Origin: Candidatus Caldarchaeum sp. | GTDB lineage: Archaea > Thermoproteota > Nitrososphaeria_A > Caldarchaeales > Caldarchaeaceae | NCBI GenBank assembly: GCA_038844785.1 | Contig: JAWBRA010000006.1 | Location: 1 to 64,000 of the forward strand | Direction: 5' to 3' | Length of the DNA: 64,000 bases | Part shown: in pieces, positions 28,166-38,985 of the stretch | Numbering within the stretch: position 1 is the stretch's first letter | Layout: each line of letters begins with the position of its first letter | Position numbers and translations under genes: made by a program | Notes under the pieces: generated by a model | Seen by the model: only the letters and a program-made list of their open reading frames with translations | Told to the model about the DNA's origin: nothing | Database searches by the model: none

Positions 28166-29452
28166 ATGGACAGGAGAATCAGCGCTATCACCAGAGCTCA
28201 AGCTCTGGTTGTAGTTGCTGTTGTTGTGATAGCAGCAGTCGCCGGCGTAGGTCTTTTAACGATAGGCATCCCAGGCGCTGGACGAACACCTCAAATCAGT
28301 GAAGTCAGGATCGGGCTTGTGGAGCCTCTCAGCGGAGCATACGCCGTGTTCGGCAACGAGGCTAAGCAAGCGGCTGAGTTGGTAGTGGATGAGATAAACA
28401 GTAAAGGCGGTATATCCAGCCTCGGAGGCGCTAAGCTAAGGCTTTTCGTAGAAGACAGCAAGAGTACGGCTGATGGTGCTAGGCTTGCCGCTGAAAAGCT
28501 CGCGAACGTTGATAAAGTAAACGTCATCATAGGAGCGTTCATCAGCGCGCACACCCTTACAATGCTCGACGTGACCGAGCCGAAGAAAATCCTAGTCATG
28601 GCTGACGCCCTAGTCGACTACCTTACCGCGAGAGGGTTCAAATACATTGTGAGACTGCCGCCGAAGGCTTCGGTGCACGGAGCAACGAGCGTCGACTTCG
28701 CCGTAGAGCTCTTCAAACAAAATGGGATGAAGATAGAAAGGCCTGTGATAGTTCATTTTGACGGGCTATTCGGCGAGGTTACAGCCGACGGCATATACAC
28801 TAGGCTGAGAGACCTTGGGATAAGGGTTGTTGACAGAATCAAGTATCCAACCGACATAACCGACATGTCGCCCATCATCGAGAGGATAAGACAGGCGAAC
28901 CCTGATATTGTCTTCGTCGTCCCCTACTACGCCGACTCCGTGCTTTTCGCCAAAGCTGTGAAAACCCTCGGCCTCAAGGTTAAGTTCATAGCCGGAGCAG
29001 GAGGGACAGGTCTCGCAGACCCAGAGTCGATAAAAGCCGCCGGAGACGCAACAGAGTACATCACAAACACCTACAGCTACGACCCGTTCCTGCCGACAAC
29101 CTACAACAAACAGCTCGTCCAAAACTTCCAGAACAAGTATGGAAAACTTCCTACGGAGGCTGCCGGAATAATCTTCTACACGCTTTGGACGTTGAAAGAA
29201 GCTCTGGAGCTCAGCGGGAAGAAGTTCCCCGACAACCCGCTCTCGGGAGACAGTTTGATGCAAGCATTGTCCGAGCTAGATCTTAGAAGCGGCCCAGCTG
29301 CTGAGACATACCCGTCCGGAAGGATAAAGATAGGGCCTACCGGAGACAACATATATGCTCAGGCTGTCGTCCTCCAAGTCCAGAACGGCAAGCCCGTGCT
29401 GGTATATCCGTTTGAAAAAGCATCGGCTAAAACACTGTTCCCGAGACCATAG
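28166..29452 (+). CDS. Liv/HAAT-type ABC transporter substrate-binding protein
   Basis: N-terminal anchor, IGLVEPLSG, INSKGGI; PBP1 fold pattern. Confidence 0.9.
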   Translation: MDRRISAITRAQALVVVAVVVIAAVAGVGLLTIGIPGAGRTPQISEVRIGLVEPLSGAYAVFGNEAKQAAELVVDEINSKGGISSLGGAKLRLFVEDSKSTADGARLAAEKLANVDKVNVIIGAFISAHTLTMLDVTEPKKILVMADALVDYLTARGFKYIVRLPPKASVHGATSVDFAVELFKQNGMKIERPVIVHFDGLFGEVTADGIYTRLRDLGIRVVDRIKYPTDITDMSPIIERIRQANPDIVFVVPYYADSVLFAKAVKTLGLKVKFIAGAGGTGLADPESIKAAGDATEYITNTYSYDPFLPTTYNKQLVQNFQNKYGKLPTEAAGIIFYTLWTLKEALELSGKKFPDNPLSGDSLMQALSELDLRSGPAAETYPSGRIKIGPTGDNIYAQAVVLQVQNGKPVLVYPFEKASAKTLFPRP

Positions 29453-29495
29453 CCTCAAACACCCTTTTTATTTTCCGCGTAAAGTGTAACATGAC

Positions 29496-30374
29496 ATGGT
29501 TGGAGCCGAACTACCTCTCCTGCTCCTTCAAACAGTAGTTTTCGGCTTGATGCTTGGCGGGGTCTACGCTCTCGCAGCAATGGGTCTAGCGCTGCTTTTC
29601 GGCGTGGCTAACCTAATCAACTTCGCCCACGGCGAATACGTCATGCTCGCCATGTACATAACTTATCTAGTAAGCATAAGCTTTTTCCAAGACCCTGTTC
29701 TCTCGCCTGTTGTAACCATCCCGGCTTTCTTCGGCATAGGTGTCTTGACTTATCTTGGGGTTTTTAAAAGGCTGATAAAAGCACCCCCGCTCTCCCAGAT
29801 AGCTGCGACAGTAGGTATACTGGTGTTGCTGCGGAACCTAGCTCTGGCCATTTGGGCTGCGGAGCCCAAAGCACCTCCCACCACCGTTTTCGCTAGCTCT
29901 ATAATCATCGGGCCGATAATCATCCCGTTAGACAAGCTGCTGGCAACATGCGTGAGTCTAGCGGCTCTAGCAGCACTCAACCAGTTTCTTGAAAGAAGCA
30001 GGCTAGGGGTTGCGATGCGGGCGGCAGCAGACGATGTTGAAGCTGTTTCATTGATGGGTGTGGACGTGGGTAGACTTTTTTTATTGACTACAGGAATAAG
30101 CATGGCTCTTGTGGGACTGTCAGGCTCGCTCATAATGACATATCAAGCGGTGACACCTACCTCAGGCCTGTTGTTCGGTCTGCTCACGTGGGCGATAGTG
30201 GCTTTAGCTGGGCTGGGAACAGTCAAAGGCATCTTCATATCCTCGATAATCTTCGGTCTTGCCGACAGCTTTGCCTCAGGCCTTTGGGATGCCAGAGGCA
30301 GGGAGATAGCCCTGTACGGCTTGTTCATACTTATTCTATGGCTTAAGCCTAAGGGGTTGTTCGGGAGGAGGTAG
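29496..30374 (+). CDS. livH: LivH-like ABC permease
   Basis: GGVYALAAMGL..FGVANLINFAHGE motif. Confidence 0.9.
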   Translation: MVGAELPLLLLQTVVFGLMLGGVYALAAMGLALLFGVANLINFAHGEYVMLAMYITYLVSISFFQDPVLSPVVTIPAFFGIGVLTYLGVFKRLIKAPPLSQIAATVGILVLLRNLALAIWAAEPKAPPTTVFASSIIIGPIIIPLDKLLATCVSLAALAALNQFLERSRLGVAMRAAADDVEAVSLMGVDVGRLFLLTTGISMALVGLSGSLIMTYQAVTPTSGLLFGLLTWAIVALAGLGTVKGIFISSIIFGLADSFASGLWDARGREIALYGLFILILWLKPKGLFGRR

Positions 30375-30376
30375 AC

Positions 30377-31342
30377 GTGAAAGCCGGTTTTCCCATAGCG
30401 GTTCTCGCAGCACTGCTTCTGCTACTCCCGCTTATGCTAGGGCTAAACGACTACTATGTTTTCCTCACGACGTTAATCCTACTCTACACCACGATAGTGG
30501 TGGCTTGGCAGCTGATCGGCGGTCTGGGAGGCCAGCTCGACCTGGGGGCTGGAGCCTACCATGGGCTGGGAGCAATAATCACAGGCTACTTCATGGTTTA
30601 CCATAACTTATCCGGATGGGCTGGGCTTGTCTTAAGCGGTTTAGCGGCTGCTGGAGTGGCGTTCATCATAGGTTATCCAAGCTTCAGGTTTGGACTGCGT
30701 GAGGTTTGGTACGCCCTCTCCTCGCTTGCCCTCGTCCTGATACTGCAGAAAATTTTCCTGCTTTGGACAGATGTTGCAGGCCCTCTTGAAAGATACATAC
30801 CTTACATGGAGTTCGACCCGTTCTTCATGAAGTCAGGCTACAAAGTCTTTTACTACTACATCGTCTTAGCGCTTCTGGCGGCAACCTTCATCATAGTCTT
30901 CAAGGTCAAAAAAGGAAAGACTGGCCTCTATCTGATGAGCATCAGGGAAAACGAGGACGCGGCGGAGATGCTGGGAGTGGATGTCAGAAAATACAAGCTG
31001 CTGGCGTTGATGCTTTACAGTTTCATAACAGCTATCACAGGCGGGGTTTACACAAGCATGGTGGGTTTCTACCATCCAACCCTCTTCGACAGCTGGATAA
31101 GCATCCAGACAGTAACTCTAGCGATAGCGGGTGGATTGGGCCATTTCTGGGGTCCGGCCATCACGTCGGCGGTCTTGCTCTCCGTGCAAGAATATCTGAG
31201 GATAACCCTCGGCGCGGTTATCATAGGTCTTCATCAAGTCATCTTCGGCATAACCCTGATAATCATAATACTCTTCAAACCCGACGGTGTAGGCCCGTTG
31301 ATAGACAGTCTGACAACAAGGCTTATGAAGCTGCAGCGGTAA
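30377..31342 (+). CDS. livM: LivM-like ABC permease
   Basis: GQLDLGAGAYHGLG, SIRENEDAAEMLGV, KPDG. Confidence 0.9.
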   Translation: MKAGFPIAVLAALLLLLPLMLGLNDYYVFLTTLILLYTTIVVAWQLIGGLGGQLDLGAGAYHGLGAIITGYFMVYHNLSGWAGLVLSGLAAAGVAFIIGYPSFRFGLREVWYALSSLALVLILQKIFLLWTDVAGPLERYIPYMEFDPFFMKSGYKVFYYYIVLALLAATFIIVFKVKKGKTGLYLMSIRENEDAAEMLGVDVRKYKLLALMLYSFITAITGGVYTSMVGFYHPTLFDSWISIQTVTLAIAGGLGHFWGPAITSAVLLSVQEYLRITLGAVIIGLHQVIFGITLIIIILFKPDGVGPLIDSLTTRLMKLQR

Positions 31343-31377
31343 TCCTTTTTAACATGCCGGCAATAGTGTGAACTAGG

Positions 31378-32112
31378 TTGGCGGTCTTAAAAGTTGAAAA
31401 CTTGACGAAGAAATTCGGCGCCATCACCGCGTTGAACAACGTCAGCATGTCTGTCAACGAGCATGAGATAGTGGGTTTGATAGGGCCTAACGGAGCTGGA
31501 AAAACAACACTCTTCAACGTCGTCACAGGCTTTCTCAAGCCTGATTCAGGGAGGGTGAAGCTGTTCGGAGAAGACGTTACCGGGTTTAACCCGCATCAGA
31601 TAGCCTTCAGAGGCGTCGCACGATGCTTTCAAGTTGTCAAGCCTTTCCTCGGGATGACCGTTTTCGAAACCGTAATGGTTGGTGCTTACCTGAGGACACG
31701 TGACGCTAAAACCGCTGAGGCAAAGGCTGTTGAGGCCATGAAGCTTACCGGAATATACGGGCTTAGAAACAGGATGGCGAGGGAGCTGAACACGCCGCAG
31801 CTGAAGCTTGTCGAGCTGGCGCGAAGCCTGGCCACAAAACCGCGCATCCTCCTGCTGGATGAGCTTGTATCAGGGCTGACGCCAACCGAAGTAGACCACA
31901 TGACGGGCTTGATGAGAAAGTTGAACATAGAGCTTGGTATAACTATACTGTTGGTGGAGCATGTCATGAGATTTGTCATGAACATCTCCAACAGGGTGGT
32001 TGTGCTGAACCATGGCGAGGTAATAAGCGAGGGCACGCCTCAGGAGGTCAGCAACGACGTCAAAGTCATAGAAGCGTATCTGGGAACGAGAAACACCGCT
32101 GGGAAGGGTTGA
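31378..32112 (+). CDS. livG: LivG-like ABC ATPase
   Basis: GPNGAGKTT, LLLDE, VEHVM. Confidence 0.92.
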   Translation: MAVLKVENLTKKFGAITALNNVSMSVNEHEIVGLIGPNGAGKTTLFNVVTGFLKPDSGRVKLFGEDVTGFNPHQIAFRGVARCFQVVKPFLGMTVFETVMVGAYLRTRDAKTAEAKAVEAMKLTGIYGLRNRMARELNTPQLKLVELARSLATKPRILLLDELVSGLTPTEVDHMTGLMRKLNIELGITILLVEHVMRFVMNISNRVVVLNHGEVISEGTPQEVSNDVKVIEAYLGTRNTAGKG

Positions 32113-32828
32113 GAGACATGGCCATGCTAGAAACCGTCAACCTTAACGCAGGATATTCAAGCCTCCAAATACTCTGGGACGTCAACATATCTGTTCCTGA
32201 AGCATCCATAACCGCTTTGATAGGATCTAACGGGGCGGGGAAAAGCACTCTGATAAAAACCCTAGCTGGATTACTAAAGCCTTACTCAGGGAAAATCTTC
32301 TTCAAAAACGTCGACATAACCGGGATGCCCCCTCATAAGATCAAGTCTCTCGGACTTTCCACAGTTCCCGAAGGAAGAAGACTGTTTCCAAACCTGACTG
32401 TGAGGGAGAACCTTCTGATGGGGGCATACAGCATCCGTGACCGTAAGCAGTTTGATGAAAAAATCTCATGGGTTGAGGAGATGTTCCCCGTCCTTCGCGA
32501 GAGAAGCAGCCAGCCTGCGCGACAGCTGAGCGGCGGCGAGGCCCAGATGCTTGCAATAGCGAGAGCTCTTGTCTCCAGCTCAGACCTTCTGGTTGTAGAC
32601 GAGCCAAGCCTTGGTTTGGCGCCAAAGCTTGTTGACATGATTTTCGCAAAGCTCGAGGAGCTTAGGGAGAAAGATTTCACAATACTCGTTGTAGACCAGT
32701 TTGTTGAAAGAGCTTTGAACGTCTGCGACTACGTCTACGTAATGGAGAACGGGAGGATAGTCATGTCGGGAACCAGCGACGAAATCCAGAACAACGTGGA
32801 GCTCAAGAAACATTACATCGGTCTTTAG
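32109..32828 (+). CDS. livF: LivF-like ABC ATPase
   Basis: GSNGAGKST, VPEGRRLF, LSGGE, DEPSLGLAP. Confidence 0.92.
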   Translation: MRDMAMLETVNLNAGYSSLQILWDVNISVPEASITALIGSNGAGKSTLIKTLAGLLKPYSGKIFFKNVDITGMPPHKIKSLGLSTVPEGRRLFPNLTVRENLLMGAYSIRDRKQFDEKISWVEEMFPVLRERSSQPARQLSGGEAQMLAIARALVSSSDLLVVDEPSLGLAPKLVDMIFAKLEELREKDFTILVVDQFVERALNVCDYVYVMENGRIVMSGTSDEIQNNVELKKHYIGL

Positions 32829-33751
32829 CTGGGAATTTTCAGCGACAGCAGAGATGCGATTAATGCTGCCCTAACGTATACGCCGTTCTCGGCTTGGGTA
32901 AAATACTTTGCCTGCGGGATGCCGTCAACCTCGGGTGAAAGCTCGTCAACCCTTGGAAGCGGATGCAGTATGATGGGTGTTTTTCTCAGCCTTTTTAACG
33001 CCTCCAACGTAACGGTGTAGCTCCCCTTCAACGATTCGTAGAGCTTTTGGTCTGTAAACCTCTCCTTTTGAAGCCTCGTCACATACAGAACGTCGAGCTC
33101 ATGCTTCACTTCTTCAAGCCGTGTGTGCTGATGTGTTTCGAGGTTTTTGACAGCCTCCAATATTTCTTGTCTTATCTGAAGCTCCGGCGGAGCGATAAAG
33201 TGTATTTTGACGTCATCGAATTTTGACAGGAGGTAGGAGAGGCTGCTGGGTGTTCTACCGTACCTGAGGTCCCCCATGATGCCTATCCTTAAACCATCAA
33301 CACTTCCAAAGATCTCCCAAATAGTGTAAACATCCAGCAGAGCCTGTGTTGGATGCTCGTTCCAGCCGTCTCCGGCGTTTATCACGGAGCAGCGGACGAT
33401 TTTTGATGTTTTCTCAGCAGCTCCAACCTCCCTACTTCTCAAAACTATGATGTCAGGTGCATATCCGTCCAGCATTCGTACAGTATCCTCGAAAGACTCG
33501 CCCTTAGCCCTGCTGGTAACCTCTTCAGGCCCAAAGTCTATAACCATTCCCCCAAGCCTTTTCATGGCGAAGGTGAAGCTCAATCTAGTCCTAGTGCTTG
33601 GTTCAAGGAATACCGTTATGAGAATCCTGTCGCCCGCTATGTCGATGACCCTATGCTGTTTAAACAGCTGCTTAAGCTTCCGAGAGTCTTCGAAAAGCTT
33701 CAGCACTTCCTGCCGTTCAAACTGTTTTGCAGAAAGGATGTGACGGGTCAT
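32825..33751 (-). CDS. pyrB: Aspartate carbamoyltransferase catalytic subunit
   Basis: EPSTRTRLSF, NAGDG..HPTQ, RLQKER, HPLPR. Confidence 0.95.
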   Translation of the reverse strand: MTRHILSAKQFERQEVLKLFEDSRKLKQLFKQHRVIDIAGDRILITVFLEPSTRTRLSFTFAMKRLGGMVIDFGPEEVTSRAKGESFEDTVRMLDGYAPDIIVLRSREVGAAEKTSKIVRCSVINAGDGWNEHPTQALLDVYTIWEIFGSVDGLRIGIMGDLRYGRTPSSLSYLLSKFDDVKIHFIAPPELQIRQEILEAVKNLETHQHTRLEEVKHELDVLYVTRLQKERFTDQKLYESLKGSYTVTLEALKRLRKTPIILHPLPRVDELSPEVDGIPQAKYFTQAENGVYVRAALIASLLSLKIPS

Positions 33752-33869
33752 GGATTACGCTGGCCAGATACCGTATTTAGGTGTTAAAGGAAGCTACAGC
33801 GGAAAACCAACAGTAACACACGAACAGAATCTATCTCTAAATTGTGGTTTATCCATAACTGCTGTTAGA

Positions 33870-35585
33870 ATGGTGGCTGATTTAGATGTTGATGTGGCTG
33901 TAATTGGCTCAGGCCTAGCTGGCCTGCGTGCTGCAATAGAAGCCAGCAGAACAAGCAAGAACAAGCTTGTTGTGGGTGTTTTCACGAAGACACAGGTCAT
34001 GCGTTCTCATTCCGTCTCAGCCGAGGGAGGCACGGCTGCAGTCCTATACCCGGAGGAGGGCGACTCCTACCAATCCCATATCTACGACACGATTAAAGGC
34101 TCGGACTTCCTAGCCGACCAAGACGCCGTCGAGCTCTTCGTAAAGAAAGCCCCTGAGGAGATTTTACAGCTTGAGAGATGGGGCATGCCGTGGTCTAGAC
34201 GGCCGGATGGTAAGATTGCTCAAAGGTCTTTCGGCGGGCAGAGCTATCCACGCGCCTGCTACGCCGAGGATAAGGTTGGCTTCTTCGAGATGAGCACCCT
34301 CTACGACACCGCTCTCAAACATGACAACATCCAGTTCTTCCCTGAATGGGCGGCCATCTCGCTGTTGGTGGAAAAGGGAAAATTCAAGGGGCTTGTTGCT
34401 TTGGAGCTCAAGACAGGGAAAACACACGTGGTGGCTGCTAAAGCAGGCATCATGGCAACAGGTGGTGCTGGAAGGCTTTACACATTCGCAACATATGGAT
34501 ACTCTTCAACTCCTGATGGCCTCTACATAGCCTACCGTGCTGGAGCACCTCTGAAAGACATGGAGTTCGTCCAATTCCATCCAACAGGTCTTGCACCGTC
34601 AGGCATCTTGATAACTGAGGCGGCGAGAGGCGAGGGGGGAATACTCGTCAACGCAAAAGGCGAAAGATTCATGAAAAAATACGCGCCTGAGAAGATGGAG
34701 CTTGCGCCACGCGACATCATCTCTAGAGCTATGTATACGGAGATGGCTGAGGGTAGGGGGGTTGAGGGCCCTGATGGCATGAAGCACCTCTACCTTGACC
34801 TACGTGAGGTGGGCGAGGAGAAGATAAAGAAACGACTTGCTGGAATACGTGAGATATGCATGCGGCTTGCTGGGATAGACCCCATAAACGAACCCATCCC
34901 GGTCAGGCCAGTAGCCCACTACTACATGGGTGGTATAGATACAAACATCGGAGGGGCCACAAACATAGCTGGGTTATGGGCTGCCGGCGAGGTTGCATGC
35001 GTATCGATAAACGGCGCCAACAGGCTTGGTTCAAACTCTACAACAGAGTGTCTTGTCTGGGGAGCTATAACAGGTAAGGCGGCTGCGGAGTACGTCATCG
35101 CTGGACACAACCCGACAGCCATCTCCGCCTCAGAAGTTGAAGCAATCAACAAACATGTATACGACGAGCTGCTGGGAAAAGCTCCCCGGGAAAATCCCTA
35201 CGACATCAGGGCCGAGCTGCAATCAACCATGGAGAGAACATGCCACATCTACCGTGATGAAAAAACGATGCTGGAAGGCTTGGATGAGCTTAGAAAGCTA
35301 AAGCAGAAGATGTTCAGAGGTGTTGTAGACAGCAGCAGGTATTACAACACAAACCTGATGAATGTTCTCGAGATAGAAATGATGATCGATGTAGCTGAGA
35401 TAATTCTAGTGTCTGCGTTGAACAGGAAGGAATCCCGCGGAGCCCATGCAAGGATAGACTATCCGAAAAGAGATGACGTCAACTTTCTCAAACACACGCT
35501 CGCATACTACACCGAGGAGGGGCCGAGAATTGAGTATATTAATCCAACAATAACGGAATACATGCCTACGGAGCGGAGGTATTGA
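33870..35585 (+). CDS. sdhA: Succinate dehydrogenase flavoprotein subunit
   Basis: GSGLAG, RSHSVSAEGG, QFHPT, ELAPRD, HYYMGG, GANRLGSNS, ESRGAH. Confidence 0.95.
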   Translation: MVADLDVDVAVIGSGLAGLRAAIEASRTSKNKLVVGVFTKTQVMRSHSVSAEGGTAAVLYPEEGDSYQSHIYDTIKGSDFLADQDAVELFVKKAPEEILQLERWGMPWSRRPDGKIAQRSFGGQSYPRACYAEDKVGFFEMSTLYDTALKHDNIQFFPEWAAISLLVEKGKFKGLVALELKTGKTHVVAAKAGIMATGGAGRLYTFATYGYSSTPDGLYIAYRAGAPLKDMEFVQFHPTGLAPSGILITEAARGEGGILVNAKGERFMKKYAPEKMELAPRDIISRAMYTEMAEGRGVEGPDGMKHLYLDLREVGEEKIKKRLAGIREICMRLAGIDPINEPIPVRPVAHYYMGGIDTNIGGATNIAGLWAAGEVACVSINGANRLGSNSTTECLVWGAITGKAAAEYVIAGHNPTAISASEVEAINKHVYDELLGKAPRENPYDIRAELQSTMERTCHIYRDEKTMLEGLDELRKLKQKMFRGVVDSSRYYNTNLMNVLEIEMMIDVAEIILVSALNRKESRGAHARIDYPKRDDVNFLKHTLAYYTEEGPRIEYINPTITEYMPTERRY

Positions 35586-36059
35586 GTGATGAGTGTAGTT
35601 GTTAACGCGTTGAAGACCTGGCTCATACCTATCCGATACGGTGTGGAGCGATGGAGTTACACGTTGCAGCGTGTTTCAGGTGTTGTGCTCACCTTATACT
35701 TCATAGCCCACGTTGTCGAGACAGGCAACGTAGTAGGCGGAGCTGGTGTTTGGACGCTTCCACCCTACGAGTATGCTGAAAGGGTTTGGAACGAGACTAA
35801 AGCGTTTCTCGCAAACCCGCTGTTCGACGCAGGGCTGGCCGTCTTAGCTTTTCTAATCTTCTTCCACACAGTCAACGGCGTCAGGCTTTTCCTAACCCAT
35901 CTAGGGCTGACATTGGGCAAGCCTGGCAGGCCAGAGTATCCCTACAGGGCTGCGTCCATGACCGTGGCTCAGAAAGCGCTTTTCTGGATAAGCGTGGTGC
36001 TCGCCGTCGCCGCCCTTGTTTACGCAGTCGACGTATTCTTTAAGGTGCTGCAGATATGA
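35586..36059 (+). CDS. sdhC: Succinate dehydrogenase cytochrome b subunit
   Basis: LQRVSG..H, FHTVNGVR; 3 TM helices. Confidence 0.88.
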   Translation: MMSVVVNALKTWLIPIRYGVERWSYTLQRVSGVVLTLYFIAHVVETGNVVGGAGVWTLPPYEYAERVWNETKAFLANPLFDAGLAVLAFLIFFHTVNGVRLFLTHLGLTLGKPGRPEYPYRAASMTVAQKALFWISVVLAVAALVYAVDVFFKVLQI

Positions 36060-36418
36060 GGGAGAAGAACTTAATGCTGCTCCACTACATTACCGGCTTG
36101 GGCATTATCATATTCGGGGGAATCCATCTAGCCACCGTTTTTCTACTCAGCCCTTACCACGCCAGCATGGAGTTTGACAACAACCCCTTCGCCGTTCTTT
36201 CTGTCTACAGAAACGTGCTGCTGGCAGGTAGCTTGGAGGGTTTACTTATTCTCGTGACATTCCATGGCTTCAACGGCCTGCGGGTGATTCTCCAAGAACT
36301 CCACCAGGGAAAAACCTACACAAGGGCTGTCAGCCTTCTGCTGACCATCGTGGGAATAGCGGTGGTGGTTTACGGGACGAGAACCATTCTGATAGCCCAT
36401 CAGCTTGCAAGCTTGTAA
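36056..36418 (+). CDS. sdhD: Succinate dehydrogenase membrane anchor
   Basis: HYITG, HGFNGLRVI; 3 TM helices. Confidence 0.88.
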   Translation: MREKNLMLLHYITGLGIIIFGGIHLATVFLLSPYHASMEFDNNPFAVLSVYRNVLLAGSLEGLLILVTFHGFNGLRVILQELHQGKTYTRAVSLLLTIVGIAVVVYGTRTILIAHQLASL

Positions 36419-36422
36419 GTAG

Positions 36423-37145
36423 GTGATTGGTTTGGAGGAGGTAAAGTTCAAGGTTTTGCGCTACGACCCTGACAAGGACGGGAAGAAGACATACCAGACA
36501 TATACTGTCCCCGTCAGTAGAGGTATGACGGTTCTGCAGGGCCTGCTCTACATAAAGGAGAAGATCGACCAGACTCTTGCGATAAGGTTTTCATGCAGGA
36601 TGGCTACCTGCGGCTCCTGTGGAATGACTATTAACGGTCTTCCAAGGCTTGCCTGCTACACCCTGATAGAAGAGCTGAAAACCAGAACAATTACGGTTGA
36701 GCCTTTACGAAACTTCCCATTAATCAGAGACCTCGTAGTGGACTTTGACGAATTCTTCCAAAAACACAGGTCAGTGAAACCCTACCTGATAAGAATAGAC
36801 ACCTACGAGCAGGAAAAATCAAACATTTCCTATCTTCAGTCGGATGAGGAGCTCGAAAAATACCTGCAGTTTACATACTGTATAAAATGCGGCCTCTGCT
36901 ACGCAGCATGCCCGGTGGTGGCCACCGACAAGCATTTCCTCGGCCCTCAAGCGCTCGCACAGCTTTACCGATATCTTGCCGACTCACGCGACGAAGGGGG
37001 CAGGGATAGATTAGCATCCGTAGCTGACGGACACTCGCTTCTCAGATGCCATTTCGCAGCCTCCTGCAGCCAAGTCTGCCCGAAAGGCGTTGACCCAGCC
37101 CTCGCCATACAGCTGCTCCGCAGGGAAGTGCTTTTAAAGGGCTGA
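36423..37145 (+). CDS. sdhB: Succinate dehydrogenase Fe-S subunit
   Basis: SCRMATCGSC, CIKCGLCYAACP, CHFAASCSQVCP. Confidence 0.95.
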   Translation: MIGLEEVKFKVLRYDPDKDGKKTYQTYTVPVSRGMTVLQGLLYIKEKIDQTLAIRFSCRMATCGSCGMTINGLPRLACYTLIEELKTRTITVEPLRNFPLIRDLVVDFDEFFQKHRSVKPYLIRIDTYEQEKSNISYLQSDEELEKYLQFTYCIKCGLCYAACPVVATDKHFLGPQALAQLYRYLADSRDEGGRDRLASVADGHSLLRCHFAASCSQVCPKGVDPALAIQLLRREVLLKG

Positions 37146-37164
37146 AAGACGTTCAAACAACAGC

Positions 37165-38517
37165 TTGGCCGTGTATCCCGCTTTCATTCTTTTCGTCGCG
37201 GTAGGAGTAGCCGTAGCCGGATTCCTCTTTTTTGTGAGAGGACTCAGACCTGTGTTTAACGCCGAAAACCTTACGGCAGCGCTACCGCTACTCTTCACAG
37301 CTTCATACGGAGCTGAGTATGTAGTGTCAGTAGGCCTGTGGCCTGCTGCTTTACTGACTACAGCTGTAGTAGTCGGGTTTTTTATTCCTTTAGCGGTGCT
37401 TGCCGAAAAATCCAGCATGCCGAAGCCTGCTGGGTTCAGGGCAGTTCGTAATATAGGCCTTCTCATGACGTTTGCAGCCGTTTTCAAGCTTTTGACAGAC
37501 AACGGGTTGAACCCAATAACTGTAGTCATCTTCGCTGCATCGGGATTTGTCTACACATCGTTTTCTGGCAGACTGGGTAGGATACCTGCCCTAGCTCTTT
37601 CAAACATTACGGCAGCGGCCGGGCTTTCCCTGTCTTTCGTAATTCCTCGAACTATTTTCACAACAGACACAACACTCATAGTTGCTATAATCACGTTGTA
37701 CACGTTGGGGACGCTCAGCCAGACGAAACTAGAGAGGTTTAAGGAATGTTTAACACCAGTCCATCTTGCGTTGCTAACCGTCCTCACGGCTGCATTGCTG
37801 ATCTCTCCACTATCCCGGGTTGAGACAGTGGATTCGGAGCTGAGGCTAGGCCAAGCCTTCTTCTTGATTCCAGCGGTTTTTCTAACATTTTCTTCGGCAG
37901 GAGCCAGGAACGCTTCCAGGTTTTTTGAAGCAATGCTGTTTTCGCTAGCTGCCAGCATAGCTGCCGTGGGAGGGGCGTTTCCCAACGCCGCGGCAGAGCT
38001 CCTTACACCTTTGGTGGGAGCTCCTGTCAAAGGAATGGCTGCTCAAGCCGTCCAAGCTGTTTTACAGCTGACGGGGCTTTCGACGCTGACCATGGTTCTG
38101 GCCCAGATGTCTGAAGCTGTTCAAACTGCCATCAAAACCAGGATCAGTACCGCTCTCACATACGGGGCTCCAGCCGCAGCGATAATTTTGGCCGTATCCT
38201 CTGTAGTTGGTCAGCCCTCCGGACAAGCGATTCTTTTGGCAGGCTCTGTTAACATGCTTGCTTTCTCTCTTCTGATGGTGTGGTTGGGCGGGGTATGGCT
38301 GATGCCGGCTGTTTTCCTTTTCATAACGTCATCCAACACGGTCATCATCCAGGCCTTGTCGCAGTTTTCCGTAGGCGTTCAGCCGTTCAACCCGCTTGTT
38401 TTCACATCCTTCATACCTTCGGCAACGTCCATGGCTGCGGTGGGTTTAGGGGTCTGGGGTTTTTCAGACGCTGTGGCGGCATGGCTTAGACGGCGAGCTT
38501 TATTAACAGGCATTTAA
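37165..38517 (+). CDS. Polytopic membrane protein, putative transporter
   Basis: 450 aa, very hydrophobic, more than 10 TM segments; family not confidently recognised. Confidence 0.65.
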   Translation: MAVYPAFILFVAVGVAVAGFLFFVRGLRPVFNAENLTAALPLLFTASYGAEYVVSVGLWPAALLTTAVVVGFFIPLAVLAEKSSMPKPAGFRAVRNIGLLMTFAAVFKLLTDNGLNPITVVIFAASGFVYTSFSGRLGRIPALALSNITAAAGLSLSFVIPRTIFTTDTTLIVAIITLYTLGTLSQTKLERFKECLTPVHLALLTVLTAALLISPLSRVETVDSELRLGQAFFLIPAVFLTFSSAGARNASRFFEAMLFSLAASIAAVGGAFPNAAAELLTPLVGAPVKGMAAQAVQAVLQLTGLSTLTMVLAQMSEAVQTAIKTRISTALTYGAPAAAIILAVSSVVGQPSGQAILLAGSVNMLAFSLLMVWLGGVWLMPAVFLFITSSNTVIIQALSQFSVGVQPFNPLVFTSFIPSATSMAAVGLGVWGFSDAVAAWLRRRALLTGI

Positions 38518-38539
38518 CCTGAAAACTCTGGCGAAGGGT

Positions 38540-38968
38540 TTGGGAAACGGCGAATACGCAGCCCGGCATCTGAGAAAAGTCAGGAACAGGTTCAGATGGG
38601 CTATCAGAAAGTATAGAATAAGGATGTTGAGGCTTAAAGAGAAGACGGACCCGCTTGAGGGCGCGCCCATGGCTCGGGGGATAGTGGTACAGAAAGTGGG
38701 AATCGAGTCGAGACAGCCCAACTCAGCGGTTCGAAAATGCGTAAGGGTTCAGCTAATTAAAAACAGTAAGGTTGTGACCGCTTTCTTACCCGGCGACGGA
38801 GCGCTCAACGTCGTCGACGAACATGACGAGGTGCTGATAGAAGGGATTGGCGGCTCGATGGGCAAGTCAATGGGCGACCTGCCGGGCGTAAGATACAAAG
38901 TGATAATGGTGAACGACGCGCCGTTGGATTTGCTGGTAACAGGCGAGGTCAAGAAACCCAAACGCTGA
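38540..38968 (+). CDS. rps12: 30S ribosomal protein S12 (uS12, archaeal type)
   Basis: [50 protein letters not shown]. Confidence 0.97.
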   Translation: MGNGEYAARHLRKVRNRFRWAIRKYRIRMLRLKEKTDPLEGAPMARGIVVQKVGIESRQPNSAVRKCVRVQLIKNSKVVTAFLPGDGALNVVDEHDEVLIEGIGGSMGKSMGDLPGVRYKVIMVNDAPLDLLVTGEVKKPKR

Positions 38969-38985
38969 ACCTGCTGGTGAAAAAC

